From: Nitrospirota bacterium
Lineage (GTDB): Bacteria; Nitrospirota; UBA9217
NCBI GenBank assembly: GCA_963836175.1
Contig: CAWIIS010000008.1
Location: 148,838-212,837 of the forward strand
Direction: 5' to 3'
Length of the DNA: 64,000 nt
Part shown: positions 56,779 to 64,000 of the stretch, in pieces
How positions within the stretch are numbered: position 1 is the stretch's first letter
How the letters are laid out: the number at the start of each line of letters is the position of its first letter
The notes under the pieces: generated by a model
What the model was told of the DNA's origin: nothing
Seen by the model: only the letters and a program-made list of their open reading frames with translations
Database searches by the model: none
Program-made: the position numbers and the translations under genes

Positions 56779-57276
56779 TCATTGAGCCTGCTCCGCCTGG
56801 ACCGTTTGCGCCAGCGATATCTCTTCGGTGGAAAATACCTTGTCGATCTCAAGGACGATGATGAACCGGTCGTTCTGTTTTCCCATTCCCTGGATGAATT
56901 CCGTGTTCAGGCGCGCCCCGATCAGCGGCACCGGCTGGAGCGTGTCCGCATCCAGCTCGATCACTTCCTGCACGGAGTCTGCGAGTGCCCCGAGGATCGT
57001 GGTCTTCCCGTCCACCTCGATTTCCGCGATGATTACGCAGGTGTTCACCGATCTCTTCGTCACGGCCATGCCGAGCTTGAGCCCGAGGTCCACCACGGCT
57101 ACCACACTTCCCCGCAGGTTGATCACTCCCCGCAGGAAGTCCGGCATCCGGGGCACCTTCGTCACGGTCGTGAAATCCAGCACTTCGCGGACCCTGGCGA
57201 TGTCAAGGGCGAAAACCCCGTCGCCGAGCCCGAAGGTCAGATACTGTTTCGTTGCTGTTATATCCGTTGTTGTCAT
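56779..57276 (-). CDS. cheW: Chemotaxis coupling protein CheW
   Basis: QYLTFGLGDGVFALDIARVREV...VPRMPDFLRGVINLRGSVVAVVDL. The start was taken at the internal ATG MTTTDIT. Confidence 0.8.
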   Translation of the reverse strand: MTTTDITATKQYLTFGLGDGVFALDIARVREVLDFTTVTKVPRMPDFLRGVINLRGSVVAVVDLGLKLGMAVTKRSVNTCVIIAEIEVDGKTTILGALADSVQEVIELDADTLQPVPLIGARLNTEFIQGMGKQNDRFIIVLEIDKVFSTEEISLAQTVQAEQAQ

Positions 57277-57328
57277 CGGTTCCTTTCCGCGGGTTAGAGC
57301 CGCCCCCAGGCCCCCGGTCCGTCCACTC

Positions 57329-58902
57329 CTAGAATTTCTCGAACTTCCTGTCGCGGGAGTCGCCGTTCCCGCCCGACCCATGCCGACCCATGTCGAGTGT
57401 TATGCCGGAAGGCCGGGTCGCGCGATGCGCCGTTCCGGAAGCGGCGAAGCGCGCGATCGGGGCCAGGACTGCGGGAGCGGCCAGTGCCCGGGGCGTCGCG
57501 CTTTTCATTGCTGCGCGTGTGCTGTCGATCGTGAAGAATCCCATTGTTTCCAGGAGCTGATCCGACTGGGATGAAAGTTCCTGTGCCGTCGAGGCCATCT
57601 CCTCGGCCGATCCCGCATTTTGCTGGATCACCTTGTTCAACTGCTGGATCGAACTGTTGATCTGGTCCGCTCCCAGGCCTGCTCCTTGCTGGACGCGCTG
57701 ATCTCCTGCACGAGCTCGGATGTTTTCTGGATATCGGGGACGAGCCTGTTCAGCATGGCCCCGGCGTTCTCGGCCACATCGACGCTCGAGCTGGACAATT
57801 TGCCGATCTCTCCGGCAGCCACCTGGCTCCGTTCCGCGAGCTTCCGCACCTCGGCAGCCACCACGGCGAACCCCTTGCCGTGCTCGCCGGCGCGCGCTGC
57901 CTCGATCGCGGCATTCAACGCCAGCAGGTTGGTCTGCCGGGCGATCTCCTCGATTATCGGAGATCTTCCCGGCAATGTCCTTCATGGCCTTAACCGCCTC
58001 GGACACGGCCTTGCCGCTCTCCCTTGCGTCGTTAGCGCTTTTTCGTGCGATCGTTTCAGTCTGCTACGGCGTTGTCGGCATTCTGCCTGATCGTTGCATG
58101 CATCTCCTCGATCGACGCGGAAGCTTCTTCAGCCGAGGCCGCTTGTTCAGTCGTGCCCTGTGACATCTGCTCGGACCCGGACGATAGCTGTCTGCTGCCG
58201 AAGGCAACATTATCGGCCGCGTTCTTCACATCCGACACGACGCCTTGCAGTTTCCGCACCATGGTTCCGATGGAAATGAAGAGCTTCCCTATCTCGTCAC
58301 CTGACTCGGCCGTGATGGAACGGGTCAGGTCGCCGCTGGCCACCTGCGCGACCGCTGCGTTCAGGCGGTCGATGGGCTTCAGCGCAAGGTACCGGAAGAG
58401 CTGGTAAACGATGAGCGATACCAGGAGCATGGTCCCGATGGACAGACCGGCGAGGATTGCCTGCGACTGCCGCAATGCGTTCCCGATGCTGGCCGTGGTA
58501 ATACCCGATCCTGACCATACCGATCTTCTCGCTCTCTTGCTGGATCGGACTGGAGAACTCTATGACGTTCGCCGTTGTCGAATCGGTCTGCCGATACTCC
58601 GTCAGCACCTTGTCTTCACGGTCCGTAACGGCAGCGAAGACGATGTTTTTATCCCCAGCGCCGACATACCGCACCTGGTTCTCCAGTGCGGCGAAGTTGA
58701 AGCTCAGAATCGGCTCAGCGGAGATCGCCGCCAGTATCCTCGCCACGTTCGCGCCCTTCCCGCCGAGCTCGTTCACGAGCACCCTCTTTTCATGGGCGTT
58801 GATGACGAGGCCCATGGCGGTGAAGATCAGCAGAAGGCCTAGCAGGATGCTCACCAGGAATTTCCTGGTGAGCGTCCAGTGGAACAGAAAACTGTTTGTC
58901 AT
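57329..58902 (-). CDS. Methyl-accepting chemotaxis protein, about 3-4 frame breaks
   Basis: TM-sensor-TM-HAMP ([20 protein letters not shown]). Signalling-domain core [40 protein letters not shown]. Pieces are in ORFs 58297.., 58056.., 57637.., 57329... Confidence 0.8.
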
Positions 58903-58969
58903 GGTTTCATCTCCTTGTTCACGCCGCCGTCAGCCGAAAACGGGGAGGGGTCGCGACGCGGTTCGCGTC

Positions 58970-59833
58970 CTAGAGCGCCCCGGCTACCTTCGCGGCCTTC
59001 CGGAGCTCGTCGTACTCCTTGTCGATGATCGGGATAAAGCCGGTAAGCCGTGCCGGACCGAGGATATTCTCGTTCTGCGGGTCGTTCGGCTTCAGCTTGA
59101 GCAGGGCGGTCCGTATCTTTGACGCCATCTCCGGCTTCAGCTTCGGCGTGGCGAAGAATGGCCAGTTGGGGAAATAGTCGGTATAGCCCACGATCCTGAT
59201 CTGGGAAATATCCAGCTTGCCCTTCATCTTTTCCAGCTCGTCTTCCCGGATACCGCCTGCATCGGCAGTCTTGTTGAATACGGCCGTGGTGATGTTCTCA
59301 TGCTTCTTCGCAAAGGGAAGAACAGAAATGTCCTTGTTGACGTCGAACCCCGCCTTGCTCAAAAGCAGCATCTGAAAGATGTACCCCGCGGCGGAATCCT
59401 TGTCCATGAAGACGAACTTCTTTCCTTTCAGGTCCTGGATCTTGTTGAAGCCGCTGTCCTTTCTCACGATAATGATCCCGCGGAACCGGGTGCCGCTCTT
59501 CACCTCCGATGACAGGGCGAGGGGTTCAATGTTGCTCATCTCCTTCGCCTGGACATAGATGAGCGGATTTGCGAACCCCACGTCTATCTGTCCCGTTTTC
59601 ACGGCGTCCTTGAAGGCATTGAAGTCCTTGGGGATCACGATGGTGACCTTTTCCCCGGTTTCCCTGCTCAAGTACTCGGCAAGGGGACTATACATGGCCT
59701 GCAGCTCAGGCGCGCTGAGGCGTGGCAGCGTCCCGAACTTGATCTCCGCCGAAGCAACGCCTGCCCCGAACGCGATGAACGCCGCGGCAACAAGCACAAC
59801 CGTCATTACCGTCTTCATGAAACTCCTCTTCAT
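58970..59833 (-). CDS. PhnD-like (phosphate/phosphonate ABC-type) periplasmic binding protein
   Basis: Signal peptide. IKFGTLPRLSAPELQAMYSPLAEYLSRETGEKVTIVIPKDFNAFKDAVKTGQIDVGFANP. Heads the MCP/CheW operon. Confidence 0.7.
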   Translation of the reverse strand: MKRSFMKTVMTVVLVAAAFIAFGAGVASAEIKFGTLPRLSAPELQAMYSPLAEYLSRETGEKVTIVIPKDFNAFKDAVKTGQIDVGFANPLIYVQAKEMSNIEPLALSSEVKSGTRFRGIIIVRKDSGFNKIQDLKGKKFVFMDKDSAAGYIFQMLLLSKAGFDVNKDISVLPFAKKHENITTAVFNKTADAGGIREDELEKMKGKLDISQIRIVGYTDYFPNWPFFATPKLKPEMASKIRTALLKLKPNDPQNENILGPARLTGFIPIIDKEYDELRKAAKVAGAL

Positions 59834-60010
59834 ACAACCTCCTTTTGTTATGGTTATTTTTGCTCAAGTATCAAATTATGCTCAGCAAGGGAATGAACGA
59901 TCAAGCCCTTCATTCAGGACCACCAGGAAACGCAAAGTCTTGACATCCGATGCCCACTCTGTTCGTCCTCCCCGGTTTCCTGTTTTGAGCCTGTCCTGCG
60001 GCGGACTGGA

Positions 60011-61099
60011 TCATGCAACCCGGCCGCCCACCCTGCTCCAACTGGCCTCCAGAAGGCGCTCCCGCACCATGCGCAGGTAGTCCGCCCGGAATTTCCGCAG
60101 CTGATAATCGCGGTAATTGCTCTCCCTGAGATCGGCCCATGCCCGCAGCTTGTTCGCTTCGTTCCGTTTCCTGGCAGCGGCGATCATCTCCGGCGTTATG
60201 ACCGCCGGGCGCGTAGTGAGCTTTTCGTATCCATAGTAGTCCATAAATTCGCCTGCCAGGGTCTCGATGACGGCGATCTCATCGAGGGACAGTGTCTGCT
60301 TGAACTTGTCGATGTTCGCCGGGATGGGAGCTTTGGCATTGGATTCCCACAGGGAGGACATGACGGAGATCTTCCGGGCCTCTTGGGAGCGGGAGACGTC
60401 GAGCATGGCGGGAAAATATTCGATGCCGAAGAACGAGCAGATCTTCCTGAGCACGGCCTCCTGGCTGGACACGAAGTCCTCGTAGCGGATGGTCAGGACC
60501 CTTTTAGGATACCTGTCCGCAAGCTTTTTGCCCGCTTCGTAGGCATTCACCCAGATCATGGCGTTCAGGAGCGTGTCGAAATCGTGAATGATGGCCTTAT
60601 TCATACTGCTGACCTGGGCGCGCGGATCGCGCACCACGTTCAGGAACAGGAGATCGTCGAAGAGCGACATCAGCTCGTCCGCGTTCTGTACGCTGTCCAG
60701 CGATTTATCCATGACGACGCGGGCCCCCCTCTTCGCGCCTGCCTGGAACAGCAGCTCTGCGACCACCCGGTGCACGCTCCGCGGTTCGTCCTTGACGGCG
60801 TCCAAGATCTCTTCCGGATCGAAGACCACGTCGGGCCATTTCACCATGCTCACGGTCTGCAGGCCGATGACGTCGACGATCATCTGAAAATAGGCCCGGT
60901 CGTCGCGCAGGTCGCCGTAAAGCTCCACGAGGGGCATGAAGTCGACGATATGCAGGGGGTAGGGCGCATAGAACTCGGGATTGAAGTTCAGCCTGAGCCG
61001 AAGCGCGTGGCTGCCGCATCGCCGGAGCGGGATCATCAGCACCGGTCTCGGTCTGTTGCGTGATATGACTTCGCCCTGTTGCACGGTATGGTTCGCCAT
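60011..61099 (-). CDS. Sulfotransferase-family protein (PAPS-dependent type)
   Basis: 5'-PSB-like IPLRRCGSHAL, 3'-PB-like VVRDPRAQVSSM, and IRYEDFVSSQEAVLRKICSFFGIEY. AGGAG RBS upstream of the ATG at 61099. Confidence 0.7.
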   Translation of the reverse strand: MANHTVQQGEVISRNRPRPVLMIPLRRCGSHALRLRLNFNPEFYAPYPLHIVDFMPLVELYGDLRDDRAYFQMIVDVIGLQTVSMVKWPDVVFDPEEILDAVKDEPRSVHRVVAELLFQAGAKRGARVVMDKSLDSVQNADELMSLFDDLLFLNVVRDPRAQVSSMNKAIIHDFDTLLNAMIWVNAYEAGKKLADRYPKRVLTIRYEDFVSSQEAVLRKICSFFGIEYFPAMLDVSRSQEARKISVMSSLWESNAKAPIPANIDKFKQTLSLDEIAVIETLAGEFMDYYGYEKLTTRPAVITPEMIAAARKRNEANKLRAWADLRESNYRDYQLRKFRADYLRMVRERLLEASWSRVGGRVA

Positions 61100-61204
61100 G
61101 ATGAACAGTCTCCTTTCACGTTTTTCCAGCATTCCTATGCACGAAACGATCGGCACGTTTCGGCATCAAGTGCGACAAACTATAACACCCTGCCGCAGAC
61201 AATA

Positions 61205-61256
61205 CTACCCGCCCACTTGGGTAGGTACCCGAATGGGTAGGTACCCGATCGGGTAG
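61205..61256. promoter_or_regulatory. Array of three TACCC-N-GGGTA palindromic sites in the divergent sulfotransferase/cysQ promoter region
   Basis: CTACCCGCCCACTTGGGTAG (61205-24), GTACCCGAATGGGTAG (61225-40), GTACCCGATCGGGTAG (61241-56). Compare CTACCCGAACGGGTAG at 47704. Confidence 0.45.
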
Positions 61257-61295
61257 TTACGCACGGCGCAGGAATTGTGTACATTGGTGCTAATC

Positions 61296-62087
61296 ATGAA
61301 CATGATCATACGGGATCCAGACATCCTTAATTATCTCGCAGACGCCGAACGCAAGGCTGGGGAGGCGATCCTGGGCCTCTACAGCAGTGCCGTGCAAGCG
61401 GAGTTCAAGGCCGACTCAAGCCCGGTGACCGCGGCGGACCGGCTCTCTCACGGCGTCCTGGTGGATTATCTTGCCCGGACTTCCTCATTTCCGGTCCTGA
61501 GCGAAGAAGGGAAGGACATCCCCTACGATGTACGAAGGCACTGGGAAACCTTCTGGCTTCTGGACCCGCTGGACGGAACCAGGGAGTTCATCAGCCGGAA
61601 CGGGGAGTTCACGGTGAACGCGGCGCTCATCCGCCGGGGACTGCCGGTCATGAGCGCTATCTACGCACCGGTGAAGGACCTGCTCTATACCGCGATCAAA
61701 GGCGGGGGCGCATACCGGACAGCGCACGGCGAGACCGTCCGGCTCCCCGTCGATCTACGGCGAAAGGGCTGTGTCGTTGCAGGAAGCCGTTCCCACGCGT
61801 CCCGGGAGTTCGACGAGTACGTGCAAGCGCTCCGGGCCAGGCATGACGATCTTGTGTTCTTGCCGGCCGGCAGCTCGCTGAAATTCTGTCTCGTGGCTGA
61901 AGGGGCCGCCGACCTGTATCCGCGCCTCGGGACCACCATGGAATGGGACACCGCCGCGGGCCAGCTGATCGTGGAGGAGGCGGGGGGCCGGGTGGTGGAG
62001 GCGGCAGGCGGCAGGCCACTTCGGTACAACAAAGCTGATCTACGGAATCCTCATTTTATCGTCTCCGGGAGGGAATGGCATGAATGA
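61296..62087 (+). CDS. cysQ: 3'(2'),5'-bisphosphate nucleotidase
   Basis: Inositol-monophosphatase fold motifs: VLSEEG, WLLDPLDGTREF, and WDTAAG near the C-terminus. Confidence 0.8.
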   Translation: MNMIIRDPDILNYLADAERKAGEAILGLYSSAVQAEFKADSSPVTAADRLSHGVLVDYLARTSSFPVLSEEGKDIPYDVRRHWETFWLLDPLDGTREFISRNGEFTVNAALIRRGLPVMSAIYAPVKDLLYTAIKGGGAYRTAHGETVRLPVDLRRKGCVVAGSRSHASREFDEYVQALRARHDDLVFLPAGSSLKFCLVAEGAADLYPRLGTTMEWDTAAGQLIVEEAGGRVVEAAGGRPLRYNKADLRNPHFIVSGREWHE

Positions 62088-63900
62088 GAAAGCACTTATA
62101 GGGAAACTCGTGGCGCCTTACGGCGGCAAGCTGGTGGACCTCTTCGTTCCCGAAGGGGAGCGCGACATCCTCGTGCAGAGGGCGAAACACCTGCCCTCCA
62201 TCCAGATATCCTTTCGGTCTGTTTGCGACCTGGAACTGATGGCGGTCGGCGCCTTCTCGCCCCTGGAGCGGTTCATGGGTGAGAAGGACTATCGTTCCGT
62301 GCTTCAGCACATGCGGATGGCCGACGGAACGCTCATGCCAATTCCCATTACCCTGCCTGCCGACAGTGTTGACGGTCTGACGATCGGCAAGGAGCTGGTG
62401 CTGCGAAGCCCGACGAACGAGATGCTGGCCATCATGCTCCTGGAGGAGGTGTTTCCCTGGGACCTCGAACAGGAGTGCGCCGCAGTGCTCAACGCAACCG
62501 ATTCGAGACACCCCCTGGTCTCGGAGATGCATACCTGGGGCAGGCATTACCTTTCCGGGCCGCTGAGGGTCCTGAACCTGCCTCGTTACAACGACTTTCC
62601 GGACCTGAGAAAGACGCCGGCCGAGGTCCGCGTGATGCTGGAGGCAATGGGGCGGGACCATGTGGTCGCCTACCAGCCGCGGCATCCCATGCACCGCGCC
62701 TACGAGGTCCTTACGAAAGCGGCCGCCGAGGAGACGGACGGATCGCTCCTCATCCACCCCTTCGCCAGCATCACCGGGTACGGCGACCGGGAGCACTTCA
62801 CGCGAATGCGGTGCTACAGGACGCTCATCGAAAACCACTACGATCGCGGCCGGACGCTGATGAACCTCATCCCTCTCGCGGTGCGCATGGCGGGGCTCCG
62901 GGCCGGGCTGTGGCACGGCATCATCAACCGGAATTACGGCGCCGACCACTTGCTCATCGGCGGCGACCCCCAGGGCCCCGGCAAGGATTCCCGCGGCAGG
63001 GCCTTGTACACGTCCCGCGACGCCCGGGAGTTCTTTCGGGCACTTGAGGACGAGATCGGCGTACGCATAACCCCCCTTAAGGAAATGGTCTACCTGCCCC
63101 GAAAAGACCGGTTCGAAGCCGCCGATACGGTCGTGCACGGATCGGAGGAATACATCCGCGTATCGTCTGTGAAGGAGATCGAGGAATCCCTGTTCCGCGG
63201 TACGCTGCTTCCCGAATGGTTCACTCATCCGGAGGTGGCGCAGATCCTGTACGAGGCGAACCCGCCGAAGACGCGTCAGGGCTTTTGCGTCTGGCTCACC
63301 GGACTGCCGAGTTCGGGGAAGTCGACTATTGCCGATATCCTCGTGCCCCTGCTCATGGCCGCGGGCAAGAAGGTGACGCTTTTGGACGGAGACGTGGTGA
63401 GGACGCACCTGACCAAAGGCCTCGGTTTCAGCAAAGAGGACCGGATCACGAACATCCTGCGCGTCGGATTTGTTGCGTCCGAAGTGGTGCGGCACGAGGG
63501 TGTGGCGGTCTGCGCGCTGATCAGCCCCTTCGAGGTGGCCCGGGACCAGGTGCGGGCCCTCGTTGATGGGGAGCGGTTCATCGAGGTGTTCGTGGACACG
63601 CCCGTCGCTGTCTGCGAAGTGCGGGATGTGAAGGGCATGTACACCATGGCGAAGAACGGCAAGATCAAGGGCTTCACCGGCGTCGACGATGCCTATGAGC
63701 CGCCCCGGTCGCCGGAACTTTGCATCGATACCGTCGCTGTATCGCCGGACAAGTGCGCCCGGATGATCATGACGCTTCTGATGGAAAAAGGGTTCCTGCC
63801 GGCGAACGGCAGGGAGGCGTCGCGGCAGGCCGTTCGCCAGGAGCTCGCGCGGGGAATGAGCAACCGCCCGGAGAACGTGCAAATGGATGAAGTAGCATGA
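62080..63900 (+). CDS. cysC: ATP-sulfurylase-like domain (catalytic motifs diverged) fused to adenylylsulfate (APS) kinase
   Basis: Intact 606 aa. C-terminal APS kinase motifs: GLPSSGKST P-loop, LDGDVVR, GFSKEDR, LISPF. The N-terminal Sat fold has QPRHPMHRAY instead of QxRNPxHxxH, and IGGDPQGPG instead of GRDHAGPG. Confidence 0.8.
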   Translation: MNEKALIGKLVAPYGGKLVDLFVPEGERDILVQRAKHLPSIQISFRSVCDLELMAVGAFSPLERFMGEKDYRSVLQHMRMADGTLMPIPITLPADSVDGLTIGKELVLRSPTNEMLAIMLLEEVFPWDLEQECAAVLNATDSRHPLVSEMHTWGRHYLSGPLRVLNLPRYNDFPDLRKTPAEVRVMLEAMGRDHVVAYQPRHPMHRAYEVLTKAAAEETDGSLLIHPFASITGYGDREHFTRMRCYRTLIENHYDRGRTLMNLIPLAVRMAGLRAGLWHGIINRNYGADHLLIGGDPQGPGKDSRGRALYTSRDAREFFRALEDEIGVRITPLKEMVYLPRKDRFEAADTVVHGSEEYIRVSSVKEIEESLFRGTLLPEWFTHPEVAQILYEANPPKTRQGFCVWLTGLPSSGKSTIADILVPLLMAAGKKVTLLDGDVVRTHLTKGLGFSKEDRITNILRVGFVASEVVRHEGVAVCALISPFEVARDQVRALVDGERFIEVFVDTPVAVCEVRDVKGMYTMAKNGKIKGFTGVDDAYEPPRSPELCIDTVAVSPDKCARMIMTLLMEKGFLPANGREASRQAVRQELARGMSNRPENVQMDEVA

Positions 63901-64000
63901 AAAAACAGGACATGACCGCGGCGGGAACCCGGCCCGCCTGTCCGGAATCGCTGGGATCGCTGTTCCTCACGTTCCTCAAGATCGGGAGCACCGCTTTCGG
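63897..64000 (+). CDS. Chromate-transporter (ChrA) family protein, 5' partial (runs off the window)
   Basis: ATG overlaps the upstream stop (ATGA). LFLTFLKIGSTAF(GG) is a typical N-terminal motif. Confidence 0.55.
   Translation, partial: MKKQDMTAAGTRPACPESLGSLFLTFLKIGSTAF

Noticed and set aside
62056-63882. 608-aa ORF on the minus strand
   Set aside because: It is a mirror-image shadow of the intact Sat-like/CysC gene in GC-rich DNA. It has no motifs and an Arg/His/Pro/Gly-biased composition.

Overview
This window is 64 kb from a GC-rich (about 60%) anaerobe-type bacterial genome, probably a metagenome or long-read assembly. I infer a Desulfobacterota- or Nitrospirota-like lineage from gene content only: Ni-CODH, two UGA/selenocysteine candidates, class II RNR. 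The first ~12 kb is an accessory island. It holds a frameshifted IS110 transposase, a decayed IS3, a low-GC two-gene cassette (HEPN-like protein plus a very Cys-rich secreted repeat protein), a ~1090-aa protein of unknown function paired with a metallophosphoesterase, and a ParE/Phd toxin-antitoxin pair bracketed by 33-bp direct repeats. From 12.3 to 20.8 kb there is a co-directional block of secreted or envelope proteins of unknown function. The core-like part follows: DsbA-like selenoprotein candidate, cooS-cooF-flavoprotein cluster, Usp, methyltransferase, PAS sensor, hemerythrin, hydrolases, UPF0182, nrdJ, ttcA, yjbQ, a DUF1573 protein with in-frame UGA, aminotransferase-serA, purA, tRNA-Lys and tRNA-Glu. 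The most interesting locus is 47.8-55.1 kb, an apparent operon encoding a TonB-dependent receptor, an unannotated 33-codon peptide, an RRE/radical-SAM/SPASM maturase, a periplasmic binding protein, a histidine kinase and a LuxR regulator. A 16-bp palindrome upstream of that operon recurs three times in the promoter region of a sulfotransferase/cysQ/APS-kinase module at 60-63.9 kb. Many conserved genes (cooS, nrdJ, serA, purA and others) carry frame breaks that look like homopolymer indel errors rather than real pseudogenes. Many long antisense ORFs in the track are shadows. All homology statements come from motif recognition by eye; no searches were run.
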